A stretch of DNA of 64,000 bases from Clostridiaceae bacterium (GCA_014380625.1 JACMJL010000185.1:1896-65895); one strand, 5' to 3'; positions 40,586-50,121 are shown, numbered from the stretch's first letter. Numbers and translations: made by a program. The notes: generated by a model not told the origin, from the letters alone.

Positions 40586-42104
40586 CGTTTTCTTCCCCCT
40601 TAAACAATGGTAATTTTAGAACTATACTTGTACCCTTACCTACCACAGATTTTATTTCAAATACATCCTGTTCTCCGTAAAAACTTCTTAGCCGCTTTAT
40701 TACATTATTTAAACCAATATTAGTTGTATGTCCTTTTTTATTTTTATCTTTAATAACTACTTTTTCACTACTAGGATTGAGAATTTGCTCAATAGTTTTT
40801 CTGTCCATGCCCCTGCCATTATCCTCAATTACAACTTGAACAACCTTATCTGTTTTCTGTACACTTATGGTTATAAGTCCGCCAACCTCCATGTCCCCAA
40901 CCCCATGAATACAGGCATTTTCAATAACAGGTTGCAAGATTTGTGCAGGCATACTAACCACTAATCCTTCCTCTTCAATATTATATTCATATTTAATCAA
41001 CTCTCCAAATCTTGTTTCTAATAAGAAAATATATGAATATACGTTTTGAATTTCTTCTTGTAATGTAACTGGATTATCCATACTTCTCAAATTATATCTA
41101 AACAAATCCGACATTTTTGCAAGAAAATTACTAGTCTTTTCAGCATCCTCCATCATTGCGAGTTGAACCCCTGCATTTAAAGTATTAAACAGAAAATGAG
41201 GATTAATCTGAGACTGAAGTGCCTGTAACTCAGCATTTTTCAAAAGATTCTTCATTTTTAAATTCATAACCTTTTGGTCCTTAAGCTTTGATTCAGTTTC
41301 AGCTTGATACTTCAATTCGCCAATGTGATTTCTAATATTTTCCTTCATTTTATTAAAAGCATCTGCCATAACTTTAATCTCATCATTAGTATCAACTTGT
41401 ACATTTTCTGTATCAAAATTGTTCTTAGATATTTCATTTGCTGATTTTGCAAGACTAACGATTGGAACAGAAGTATTATTAGCAAACCAAAAGGTTAGGA
41501 CTACATTTAATAAAAATGTGCTGGCAATAATTACTATATTAAGTAATTGAAGAAATTTTAGTTTTTCAGTAATAGAAAAATATTTTTCAGTATTTTCATG
41601 AAATTGATTTAGATTTAACTGTTTTATATAAAAGTTTATATAACCCATAATTTCCTTACTTTCACTATATCTTAAATTATATTCATTTACATTTCTTCCT
41701 CTTTTTGAACTTATTGCTGCATCTCCCTGAGCTAAATATTTATCTATCATATTTCCAATATCCTTTAACATTAACTTTCCGTTATTGTAAGAAATATCTC
41801 TACTCATTTTGTTGGAACTATTTCTTAAATTATCACTGTTTTTTATATAATCTCTTAAACTATTGGAGCTTTTAGTTGTTAAATAGTTTAACAGCTCTTC
41901 ATCTATAGCCTGTATATCCACAGAGAGTTTAGTTAAATATATATCGTTAATAAACATATAATCAAATTTCTCTAAAATATGTTTAGCATTATACAATGTA
42001 TATAGGCTTGTAGAAATCATTATTAGAATTAATAGTAAGGAATAAAGTAATAGCTTACCCCGAATAGTATTAAAGCCTAACACCTTTTTTAAATAATTTA
42101 TCAC
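40578..42104 (-). CDS. LytS/YesM-type sensor histidine kinase
   Basis: Two TM segments flank an extracellular domain, followed by a HAMP domain. His_kinase motif QINPHFLFNTLN and an ATPase domain (IEDNGRGM). 8-nt overlap with the regulator gene. Confidence 0.85.
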   Translation of the reverse strand: MINYLKKVLGFNTIRGKLLLYSLLLILIMISTSLYTLYNAKHILEKFDYMFINDIYLTKLSVDIQAIDEELLNYLTTKSSNSLRDYIKNSDNLRNSSNKMSRDISYNNGKLMLKDIGNMIDKYLAQGDAAISSKRGRNVNEYNLRYSESKEIMGYINFYIKQLNLNQFHENTEKYFSITEKLKFLQLLNIVIIASTFLLNVVLTFWFANNTSVPIVSLAKSANEISKNNFDTENVQVDTNDEIKVMADAFNKMKENIRNHIGELKYQAETESKLKDQKVMNLKMKNLLKNAELQALQSQINPHFLFNTLNAGVQLAMMEDAEKTSNFLAKMSDLFRYNLRSMDNPVTLQEEIQNVYSYIFLLETRFGELIKYEYNIEEEGLVVSMPAQILQPVIENACIHGVGDMEVGGLITISVQKTDKVVQVVIEDNGRGMDRKTIEQILNPSSEKVVIKDKNKKGHTTNIGLNNVIKRLRSFYGEQDVFEIKSVVGKGTSIVLKLPLFKGEENGV

Positions 42105-42127
42105 CTTTTTCCCCTTCCTTAATTCTT

Positions 42128-43123
42128 TTATTTCAAATAATTCTTCAAATTCGACTTAGTAATTACTATTGAATCAGTATGTATATATGCTGATACTCTT
42201 CCGTTCTCTTTCAAACTTACCAGGGTCTTAATACTGTCACAGCCAATTTTATATGCTGCCGGAACTATAGTTCCATAAATTATTCCCTTTTGTATATAAC
42301 TTAATATTTCAGGAGTGCTGTCATAGCCTATAATTGTTATGTCTCCTACTCGATTAAAATCTACTACCAATTGAGCAGCACCAATAGTATCCTTAGAGCT
42401 TGTACAAATTATTGCATTTACTTCATGATTATTAATTAATATATCCTGTGTTATGTCATTTGCTCCAAGTATTCCAGTATCAGATACCTTTACTGTCTCT
42501 ACCTTAATATCCTTAAAACTTTTTATTCCATTATTGATGCCATCTAATTTAACATTTTCATTTACATTTCCTTCTAGACTTTCTAATATTACCGCTACCT
42601 TTGCTTTGCCGTTTAACGCCTCTGCCACTAATTGCCCAGCCTTTGAACCAGTTTCAAATCCATTTGTCCCAACATAGGCGGATCTTTTACTATTTGATAA
42701 ATCTGCATCTAAGTTTATAACTGGTATTTTATTCTCTTCAGCTTTATCTATTAACTTTTGAAATTCTGTGGTGCTATAAGCATGAGTAATTATTCCATCC
42801 ACCCTTGAAGCTATGGCTATGTTTATATATTTTATTGCATCCTTATAATCGTCTACACCGTTGCTATAATTTATTTCAATAGCTGTATTCAAAGAATTAG
42901 CTGTATCCTTTAATCCTTTTTCAACCTCTTTTATGTAAGGCTCATCTGTATTACGCAAGATAATTGAAAAATGATATTTAGGGGGTTTCTTAGATGAAAA
43001 CATTGGACCTTTTTCGTCCATAACCATTACATCAATTTTTCTAGAGTAACTTATTGATAGCACAATTGAGGCTGTGACAATTATAAGTAAAACTAAAATT
43101 ATGATCTTATATAGTATTTTCAT
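42128..43123 (-). CDS. membrane-anchored periplasmic-binding-protein-like (type I, ribose/LacI fold) sensor component
   Basis: 331 aa. An N-terminal TM anchor, then a PBP type I fold (VDGIITHAY, IPVINLDAD, YVGTNGFETGSKAGQ, IIGYDSTPE). First gene of the sensor operon. Confidence 0.7.
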   Translation of the reverse strand: MKILYKIIILVLLIIVTASIVLSISYSRKIDVMVMDEKGPMFSSKKPPKYHFSIILRNTDEPYIKEVEKGLKDTANSLNTAIEINYSNGVDDYKDAIKYINIAIASRVDGIITHAYSTTEFQKLIDKAEENKIPVINLDADLSNSKRSAYVGTNGFETGSKAGQLVAEALNGKAKVAVILESLEGNVNENVKLDGINNGIKSFKDIKVETVKVSDTGILGANDITQDILINNHEVNAIICTSSKDTIGAAQLVVDFNRVGDITIIGYDSTPEILSYIQKGIIYGTIVPAAYKIGCDSIKTLVSLKENGRVSAYIHTDSIVITKSNLKNYLK

Positions 43124-43192
43124 ATTAACCCCCTAATCTTTATTATTATTGATATTATACCATATATTGTAAATAAAAGTTAGAAAAATTAG

Positions 43193-43226
43193 AAAAAAGC
43201 TCTAGCGGGTTTGCTAGAGCTTTTTT
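43193..43226. terminator. bidirectional terminator after dapA
   Basis: AGCTCTAGC-GGGTTT-GCTAGAGCT flanked by A6 and T6. Confidence 0.8.
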
Positions 43227-44093
43227 CTAAAATCCAATTAATCCATCTAATTTTTTTTCTAAATCCTCTGTAACTTCTACTAAGGGTAATCTAACTTCTG
43301 AAGAATCTATTAATCCCAACTTTTTTAGACAATACTTTAAAGGAGTTGGATTAGGTTGTTGAAATAACATTGGAATAAGTTTATACAATTCCTTCCAGGT
43401 TTCTAAGGCTGCTTTATTATTATTTTTAGTAATATCATTATATACCTTAATGAAGCCTTCTGTATTTATATGTGCAGAGGCTAGAATACCTCCGTCCCCC
43501 CCTAAAGAAAGTGTTGAATAAAACAAGGCATCTTCCCCAGTAAGAATAGAAAAATCTTTAGGTCTATTTAGTAACAGGTCTGTTGTTTGAAGGATATCTC
43601 CACTAGAATCCTTAATCGCCACTATATTCTTTAGCTCAGCTAATTTATGAATTGTGGTGTTTTCAATATTTCTTCCAGTCCTATAAGGTATATTATATAA
43701 AATAATATCTAAATAAGTTGCCTCTGAAATACTCTTAAAATGTTGAAAGATCCCTCTTTGATCTGGTCTAGAGTAATAAGGAGAAACGGATAATATTCCG
43801 TTTATTTTATACTTTTCTGCTACCTTAAGTTTCTCTACTACCTTTTTTGTATTATTTCCACCCAAGCCCACATAAATAGGAACAGCCCCCTTGGTGTACT
43901 CTATGGTTTTTTCAATTATCTCCTCATATTCAGGTTCTGAAACTGTAGGACTTTCACCTGTCGTTCCCAGTGGTATAAAACCATGCACGCCTTTAGTTAA
44001 ATAAAAATCTACCATTCTTTTATAAGAGACATAATCCACCTTGTCCTCCTTAAATGGTGTTACTAATGGAACGAAAACTCCGGATATACCCAT
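43227..44093 (-). CDS. dapA: 4-hydroxy-tetrahydrodipicolinate synthase
   Basis: 288 aa. GTTGES, YNIPYRTG, Schiff-base Lys region VAIKDSSG. Confidence 0.9.
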   Translation of the reverse strand: MGISGVFVPLVTPFKEDKVDYVSYKRMVDFYLTKGVHGFIPLGTTGESPTVSEPEYEEIIEKTIEYTKGAVPIYVGLGGNNTKKVVEKLKVAEKYKINGILSVSPYYSRPDQRGIFQHFKSISEATYLDIILYNIPYRTGRNIENTTIHKLAELKNIVAIKDSSGDILQTTDLLLNRPKDFSILTGEDALFYSTLSLGGDGGILASAHINTEGFIKVYNDITKNNNKAALETWKELYKLIPMLFQQPNPTPLKYCLKKLGLIDSSEVRLPLVEVTEDLEKKLDGLIGF

Positions 44094-44115
44094 AATCTAC
44101 CTCCTAAAATAATTT

Positions 44116-44360
44116 CTAAAAAAATAAGAGCCTTGGAGAAATCCAAGGCTCTTTTACTCAAATAAATTTAAATAAGAATAAAGTTCGCGTTGGATAGCTC
44201 TCCACAATAAAATTGTGACAGTCTTACATATATTTTATGCAAAACCAGTATAATAGCCTTTAAGCATATGCTATTTACTTCGGCGATAATTCCTTTCCCA
44301 TTATATCTATGTGCTTACCTCAATAATGGTACTCTTAAGTCTCGCGCCTCTACCTCTAAA
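44116..44360 (-). promoter_or_regulatory. lysine riboswitch (L-box) with terminator
   Basis: The minus strand reads GGTAGAGGCGCGAG..AGAGTA..GGGAAAGG..TCGCCGAAG..CTGG..GACTGTCA..TGGAGAGCTATCC (L-box core). This is followed by the hairpin AAGAGCCTTGGA-TTTC-TCCAAGGCTCTT and T7 (44116-44153). Confidence 0.85.
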
Positions 44361-44465
44361 TAAATATTTAATTTATGGTTTATTATACACTAGTATCTCT
44401 AGTAAATCAAATTAATACTTTACCAATTGTTATTAACTTGTTAATAGATATAAAATACTGTATAT

Positions 44466-45284
44466 TTATAATCCATGCATAGAGACCTCTCCCGACATGA
44501 TTTTCTCTACTTTTCCATCCATGTGCTCAATAATGAGTAATCCCTCTCCATCAATATCAACGGCTTTTGCTGTTACTAGCACACCTTTAATGTACAACTG
44601 TATCTCCTTTCCAAGAAGAATTGAGTTCTTCCTACAAGTCTCTAGTGTGCCTTTAAAATTGTCTTCCTTAATATATTCTTCATATAACACTTCAAAATGA
44701 TTAAGAATACTTGCCATGAACTTTTGCCTAGAAACAACCTCTCCAGTCTCAATTCTTAAGGAGGTTGCTATATTTTTAATTTCCCCTGAGAAATCCTCTA
44801 ATAAAACATTTACATTAATCCCCATACCCATAACAATATAATTTGTTAAATTTAATTTGCTACTCATTTCAGTTAAGATTCCGCCTAACTTCTTTTTATT
44901 CAAGATAATATCATTAGGCCATTTAATTTGTGCTTTAATCCCAAAGTCTTTAAGTGCATTAATTACTGCTGCTGCACCTATTAGTGTTATGTTTGAAGCC
45001 TTAGTTGGATCCAGGTTTGGTTTTAATATAATGGACATCCAAATCCCTTTAAATTTAGGTGAACTCCATTGTCTCCCCAATCTTCCTCTGCCGGATGTTT
45101 GTTCTTCACTTATTACTAAAGTACCATGGCTCACATCTAACCCAGCCAGCTCCTTTGCTTTTGTGTTTGTAGAGTCTATGCTATCAAAATGAAGGATATT
45201 TCTACCTATATAACTGGTATTTAAAAACTTATCCACTTCTTGTTTTGTTAATAAATCTAGCGAAGAAATTAATTTATCTTTCAC
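44466..45284 (-). CDS. birA: biotin--[acetyl-CoA-carboxylase] ligase
   Basis: 272 aa. GRGRLGRQW, KWPNDI, C-terminal SH3-like domain. I see no obvious N-terminal HTH. Confidence 0.85.
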   Translation of the reverse strand: MKDKLISSLDLLTKQEVDKFLNTSYIGRNILHFDSIDSTNTKAKELAGLDVSHGTLVISEEQTSGRGRLGRQWSSPKFKGIWMSIILKPNLDPTKASNITLIGAAAVINALKDFGIKAQIKWPNDIILNKKKLGGILTEMSSKLNLTNYIVMGMGINVNVLLEDFSGEIKNIATSLRIETGEVVSRQKFMASILNHFEVLYEEYIKEDNFKGTLETCRKNSILLGKEIQLYIKGVLVTAKAVDIDGEGLLIIEHMDGKVEKIMSGEVSMHGL

Positions 45285-45391
45285 CTTTTAACCTCTTTTC
45301 TTTTGATTGATAATTATTACCCCAATAATAAAATAAAATAAGGACTACGTCAATCTATATAACTATAAATCATCTAGTTTACCAAATCTAC

Positions 45392-45420
45392 TTGACACAT
45401 ACTCCATATCATGTTATTAT
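45392..45420 (+). promoter_or_regulatory. sigma-A promoter of the amino-acid ABC operon
   Basis: TTGACA (45392-45397), a 17-nt spacer, then TATTAT (45415-45420). Confidence 0.65.
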
Positions 45421-45460
45421 AAACCAATAATTCATATAGGAATACTTGGAGGTATGTAAA

Positions 45461-46273
45461 ATGAAAAAGAATTCATTAATTTTAGCAACTATTTTAACTA
45501 TGACTATGGCTCTTGTAGGTTGTTCATCAAGTAGCAGTTCTACAAGCACCAGTACTAACGCTGATACATCAACATTACTTGGTCAGATAAAAAGCGCAGG
45601 TAAAATCCGTATTGGTACTGAGGGAACTTATTCCCCATTTACCTATCATGACATCACAGGAAAATTAACAGGTTTTGATATTGAAATAGCAGAAGCTATT
45701 GCTGCAAAACTAGGTGTGAAAACTGAATATGTAGAGACAAAATGGGATGGAATCTTTGCAGGCTTAGATGCAAAGAGATTTGATATTATAGTAAATGAAG
45801 TAGGTATAAGTGCCGAGAGACAAGCAAAATATGATTTTTCAGATCCATATATATTATCTAAACCAGTACTTATTGTTGAAAAGGATAATACTTCAATAAC
45901 TAAATTCGAAGACTTGAAGGGCAAAAAATCAGCCCAATCCTTAACAAGTAACTTAGGTAAAATTGCAACTTCCAATGGTGCAGAATTAGTTGCAGTAGAT
46001 GGCTTTAATCAATCTATTGACCTAATTACTTCAAAAAGAGCTGATGCCACAATTAATGATAGCTTATCTTTCTTAGATTTGAAAAAACAAAAACCAGATA
46101 TAGCTGTAAAAGTTGTTGCTGAAGGCAAAGAGGCAGATAAAAATGGAATTATGCTTAACAAAGGAAATAAAGAACTTTTGGATGCTGTAAACAAAGCATT
46201 AACAGATATAAAAGCAGATGGAACCTATTTAAAGATTTCTCAAAAATGGTTTGGTGCAGACGTATCAAAGTAA
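45461..46273 (+). CDS. amino-acid ABC transporter substrate-binding lipoprotein (family 3)
   Basis: Lipobox LVGC. GTEGTYSPFTY, KWDGIFAGLDAKRFD. ATG at 45461 after a GGAGG RBS (the track uses a TTG at 45446). Confidence 0.85.
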   Translation: MKKNSLILATILTMTMALVGCSSSSSSTSTSTNADTSTLLGQIKSAGKIRIGTEGTYSPFTYHDITGKLTGFDIEIAEAIAAKLGVKTEYVETKWDGIFAGLDAKRFDIIVNEVGISAERQAKYDFSDPYILSKPVLIVEKDNTSITKFEDLKGKKSAQSLTSNLGKIATSNGAELVAVDGFNQSIDLITSKRADATINDSLSFLDLKKQKPDIAVKVVAEGKEADKNGIMLNKGNKELLDAVNKALTDIKADGTYLKISQKWFGADVSK

Positions 46274-46288
46274 AGTGGTGAAGAAAAA

Positions 46289-46972
46289 ATGATTTTTGAT
46301 GATAAAACTATGAGATTTATTGAAATATTTACAACTTCCTTCCTGCCCTTATTAAAGGCAGGTTTGGCCTTTACAGTTCCCTTGACCCTAATATCTTTTA
46401 GTTTAGGCCTAATGCTAGCCTTATTTACTGCCTTAGCTAGAATTTCAAAAATTAAACCCTTAGCAGCGCTAGCAGCAATCTATGTATGGATAATTAGAGG
46501 GACTCCCTTACTTGTTCAATTATTTATAATCTTCTACGGGCTACCTAAGATTGGAATAGTTTTGGACCCCCTAGTTGCAGCAATTATAGGATTTACTTTA
46601 AGTGTAGGTGCCTATAATTCTGAAATAATTAGAGCGGCAATTTTATCTATACCTAAGGGCCAGTGGGAAGCAGCCTATTCTATAGGAATGACAGAGAGTC
46701 AGGCACTAAGGCGAATTATTTTGCCTTTAGCTGCAAGAGTATCTATTCCTCCATTATCAAACTCATTTATTAGTCTTGTAAAAGACACTTCATTAGCTGC
46801 AGCCATAACAGTTGCGGAAATGTTTCAGATAGCCCAAAGGATAACTGCTGCAACCTATGAACCACTTCTGTTATATTTTGAGGTAGCTTTAATCTATCTA
46901 ATGTTTAGTACAGTTTTAACCATAATCCAAGGTAGGATTGAAAAAAGATTAGAAAGATACGTAGCTAAATAG
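46289..46972 (+). CDS. amino-acid ABC transporter permease
   Basis: 227 aa, HisM/GlnP type, EAA loop EAAYSIGMTESQALRRIILP. Confidence 0.85.
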   Translation: MIFDDKTMRFIEIFTTSFLPLLKAGLAFTVPLTLISFSLGLMLALFTALARISKIKPLAALAAIYVWIIRGTPLLVQLFIIFYGLPKIGIVLDPLVAAIIGFTLSVGAYNSEIIRAAILSIPKGQWEAAYSIGMTESQALRRIILPLAARVSIPPLSNSFISLVKDTSLAAAITVAEMFQIAQRITAATYEPLLLYFEVALIYLMFSTVLTIIQGRIEKRLERYVAK

Positions 46973-46984
46973 TGGAGGTATTTT

Positions 46985-47728
46985 ATGATAGAAATTAAAA
47001 ATTTGCATAAGAGTTTTGGTGAAAATGAAATATTAAAAGGTATAAATCTGCAAGTAAATAAAGGCGAAACTGTTGTAATAATTGGTCCATCTGGTTCAGG
47101 CAAAACTACTTTTTTAAGATGTTTAAACCTATTGGAGACCCCAGATAATGGATTTATTCAAATTGGAACAAGTGGTCTAGACTTTGCGACTAGCAGTAAA
47201 CCAACTCAAAGCAGTATTTTAGCCCTACGTAAACAGACAGGGATGGTATTTCAAGGCTTCCATCTATTTCCTCACAAATCAGTTATTGAAAATATCATGG
47301 AGGGTCAAGTTACTGTTCTTAAACGTTCTAAGAATGAAGCTCTTAAAAAAGGGTTATCCCTACTTGAGAAGGTTGGGCTTTCAGAAAAAAGGGATGCATT
47401 TCCCCATGAACTTTCTGGAGGTCAACAGCAAAGGGTAGCTATTGCTCGTGCTATGGCAATGGATCCAGAGGTATTACTATTTGATGAGCCTACCTCTGCT
47501 TTAGATCCCGAACTTGCTGCTGAGGTTCTAAAGGTAATGAAATCTTTGGCGGAGGAAGGCATGACCATGGTGGTTGTAACTCATAAAATGAGTTTTGCAA
47601 GAGATGTGGCTAATAAGGTTGTGTTCATGGATGAGGGTTTAATCCTTCAAAGTGGAACTCCTGCTGAGGTATTAATTAATACTAACAACTTAAGAATAAA
47701 ACAATTTTTAAATATGTTGGATGATTAA
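46985..47728 (+). CDS. amino-acid ABC transporter ATP-binding protein
   Basis: [36 protein letters not shown]. Confidence 0.9.
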   Translation: MIEIKNLHKSFGENEILKGINLQVNKGETVVIIGPSGSGKTTFLRCLNLLETPDNGFIQIGTSGLDFATSSKPTQSSILALRKQTGMVFQGFHLFPHKSVIENIMEGQVTVLKRSKNEALKKGLSLLEKVGLSEKRDAFPHELSGGQQQRVAIARAMAMDPEVLLFDEPTSALDPELAAEVLKVMKSLAEEGMTMVVVTHKMSFARDVANKVVFMDEGLILQSGTPAEVLINTNNLRIKQFLNMLDD

Positions 47729-47737
47729 GAAGAAAAT

Positions 47738-47771
47738 AAAGGACCTAGGTGCTATCGCACCTAGGTCCTTT
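47738..47771. terminator. bidirectional terminator
   Basis: 15-bp stem AAAGGACCTAGGTGC/GCACCTAGGTCCTTT with loop TATC. Confidence 0.7.
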
Positions 47772-47809
47772 ATCATTATATCTGGAACAATAGCTTAGTT
47801 CCTATACCC

Positions 47810-48715
47810 CTATTTTAAACTAACATATATCTTTTCAATATTATCTTTCATAGATTGTATATAATCCTTATTATCTTCTTTACTTTCTATTGTGTAAATT
47901 TTTTCTGCCTTAGCTCCAACTTCCTTAGCTAAGGTTTCTGAAACCTTGGGACTTGCCATGCTTTCTACAAATATGGTTTTTATTTTATTTTCTTTACAAT
48001 AATCCGTCAATGACTTTAATTTCTTAGCGCTAGGCTCACCCTCTGCAAACACATCTTCTACACTGTTTTGTTTGAGTCCAAAGTCTTTAGCTAAGTATGC
48101 AAAAGCCGCATGCCCTGTAACAAAAGTTTTATTAGTCAAACTACTAAACTTAGTATTATAATCCTTTAAGATATCTTCTAGCTTATTATAAAAATCCAGG
48201 TAGTTTTTCTCGTAATAATCCTTATTAGTAGGATCTGCTTTTACTAATCCATCCTTAATATTTTTAGATTGACTTTCTGCGCCCTTAAAACTTAGCCATA
48301 AATGAGGATCACTTTGTGCATCCGCTTTAACCACTTCAGTATCTGTATTTATTATTGGCGTAGCGCCTTTTGAAGCATCTATTGATATTAATTTTTTATT
48401 ATCTACTGCTTCTAAGGTAGCCTCAGTCCATTTTTCCATACCAAAACCGTTAAAAACAAATACTTGTGCTTTGTTTAACTCTTCCATATCCTTGGCCTTG
48501 GGTTCAAAATCATGTGGTTCCGTACCTTCAGGTATCATAGTGTGGACGTCAACCTTATCCTTGCCCACAGCTTCCACAAACTCCTTCATAGCATTAAAGG
48601 AAACTACTACCTTTATTTTTTCGGAAGTATCTTTATTGTCTGCTTTGGTGCTACAGGCAGACAAGGTTACAACCATAGTTGTTATTACTAAAAACAAACC
48701 TAATTTTTTTAACAT
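47810..48715 (-). CDS. metal (zinc-type) ABC substrate-binding lipoprotein, ZnuA/AdcA-like, without partner genes
   Basis: Lipobox LSAC. Cluster-9 SBP motifs EPHDFEP, DPHLW, GHAAFAYL. ATG at 48715 with an AGGAG RBS is preferred over the TTG at 48745. Confidence 0.8.
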   Translation of the reverse strand: MLKKLGLFLVITTMVVTLSACSTKADNKDTSEKIKVVVSFNAMKEFVEAVGKDKVDVHTMIPEGTEPHDFEPKAKDMEELNKAQVFVFNGFGMEKWTEATLEAVDNKKLISIDASKGATPIINTDTEVVKADAQSDPHLWLSFKGAESQSKNIKDGLVKADPTNKDYYEKNYLDFYNKLEDILKDYNTKFSSLTNKTFVTGHAAFAYLAKDFGLKQNSVEDVFAEGEPSAKKLKSLTDYCKENKIKTIFVESMASPKVSETLAKEVGAKAEKIYTIESKEDNKDYIQSMKDNIEKIYVSLK

Positions 48716-48743
48716 TTTATCACTCCTAATTTTAAATGCGAAC

Positions 48744-48765
48744 AACTTGCATTTGCATGCAAGTT
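48744..48765. promoter_or_regulatory. 9-4-9 perfect inverted repeat, candidate metalloregulator operator
   Basis: AACTTGCAT-TTGC-ATGCAAGTT, 29-50 nt upstream of the ATG, immediately downstream of a TATTATAAA -10-like element on the minus strand. Confidence 0.45.
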
Positions 48766-48859
48766 TATAATATAGGTTTATTAAAGTTTTGTCAATACAT
48801 TCAAGTTATTTAAATATCACAACAATTCTATTTTTTAAATAAGAGTTATAAGAAAAGAT

Positions 48860-48890
48860 AAAGGCTCTAGCATAAACTGCTAGAGCCTTT
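48860..48890 (-). terminator. terminator of the pdaA-like gene
   Basis: 12-bp stem AAAGGCTCTAGC/GCTAGAGCCTTT followed by a T-rich tail on the minus strand. Confidence 0.7.
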
Positions 48891-48897
48891 ACCTTGA

Positions 48898-48913
48898 CAA
48901 CAACCCCGTCCCC
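48898..48913. repeat. second copy of GC-rich 16-mer CAACAACCCCGTCCCC
   Basis: Identical to 20156-20171. Flanked here by the direct octamers CCTTGACA (48892-48899 and 48911-48918). Confidence 0.85.
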
Positions 48914-48921
48914 TTGACATA

Positions 48922-49881
48922 CTACATTGGCAATTCGTTTAAAGTTTTAAATTCAAAACCTTTGCTTGTCCACTCTTTTAATAAATAATCTAAAATATTT
49001 GCATTTGTTTTAGAAACGGCATGTAACAGAAGTATTCCACCGTTATGAGTTCTTTGCATAATTAGATTTTTTGCATAATCCTCACTAGGTTGTTTAGCGG
49101 TATCCCAATCTGCATAGGCAAAACTCCAGAAAACAGACTTATAACCTAACTGTTGAGTGTAATACATTGATAATTCACTATATTTACCCATTGGTGGTCT
49201 AAAGAATTTCTTCATTTTAGTTCCAGTTAGGGTTTCAAAGGTATTTTCACAAGTAATAAGTTCTGCATTAAATTTATCTCTATCCCTAATTCCTGCCATT
49301 GAGGGATGAGTAGTTGAATGATTACAAACAAGGTGTCCTTCAGCTACCATTCTTTTAATTAAATCCTTATTATCATTAATATAAGGTGTAGTTACAAAAA
49401 AGGATGCTTGTACATTATTAGCTTTTAAGATATCCAGCATTTTTGAAGTATATCCATTTTCATAGCCTTCATCAAAGGTAAGATAGTTAATTTTTTTTGT
49501 AGTATCTCCAAGGTAATAACCACTAAACCGTTGAAGGTAATCCCCTACTTCTTTTGGCGGAGCAGGCGAAGTACCATCAGTTTTAGGGCTATAATACCAA
49601 TTTTTTTCTGAGGAACTTAAAGTTAAGGGGTCAGCCGTAGGTTTATCTGAAATCGGAGTACTAGGCTTATTAACTACAACTTCTGGAGTACTTGGTTCTG
49701 GTTTAATGTTATCTTTTGAAGGTTTCGGCGTACTTGGTTCTGGTTTTACATTATTATTTAAAGGTGCTGTAACAGTATGTGAAATAATAGGCTTTTGGAC
49801 AATAGCTTCAGGCTCGTTTCTTCCACAACCTACAAAAACTAATGAAATCAACAGAATTAAACTAATAGTATTTCTTTTCAT
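48922..49881 (-). CDS. pdaA: polysaccharide deacetylase lipoprotein (PdaA-like, delta-lactam-type)
   Basis: Lipobox FVGC. A Pro-rich linker with a duplicated KPEPSTP, then YLTFDEGYENGYT, NHSTTHP, FRPPMGKYS, LLLHAVS, colinear with B. subtilis PdaA as I recall it. Confidence 0.8.
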   Translation of the reverse strand: MKRNTISLILLISLVFVGCGRNEPEAIVQKPIISHTVTAPLNNNVKPEPSTPKPSKDNIKPEPSTPEVVVNKPSTPISDKPTADPLTLSSSEKNWYYSPKTDGTSPAPPKEVGDYLQRFSGYYLGDTTKKINYLTFDEGYENGYTSKMLDILKANNVQASFFVTTPYINDNKDLIKRMVAEGHLVCNHSTTHPSMAGIRDRDKFNAELITCENTFETLTGTKMKKFFRPPMGKYSELSMYYTQQLGYKSVFWSFAYADWDTAKQPSEDYAKNLIMQRTHNGGILLLHAVSKTNANILDYLLKEWTSKGFEFKTLNELPM

Positions 49882-50121
49882 TTGTAGCTTCCTTTCAACA
49901 TTCGTAAAATTTTATTATAGCAAATATAATGTCATAAAACATCACTTAAAAAGCATTAATCATACAACCATTTTACAACTATTTTATTTTTTTTACAAGT
50001 TTCACGAAGTTGGTAATGAGAAATCAAAGAATAATTTTTCAATTGTTACACAAACTAATATATAAACCAATCAACACTAGGATAATACCCCTATGTGACT
50101 ATAAAGTTAGTGAGGTGAATT

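Noticed and set aside
20156-48913. The direct 16-nt repeats CAACAACCCCGTCCCC, 28.7 kb apart, as attL/attR of an integrated element.
   Set aside because: The interval holds core metabolism and housekeeping genes (ldh, dapA, birA, xylFGH). It has no integrase, recombinase, transfer or phage genes, and the first copy is part of a complete palindrome rather than a simple att core.
49688-49746. A 17-nt direct repeat GTACTTGGTTCTGGTTT spaced by 42 nt.
   Set aside because: It is in frame within the pdaA-like gene and simply encodes the duplicated KPEPSTP units of a Pro-rich linker. It is not a CRISPR, an intergenic repeat or a mobile-element end.
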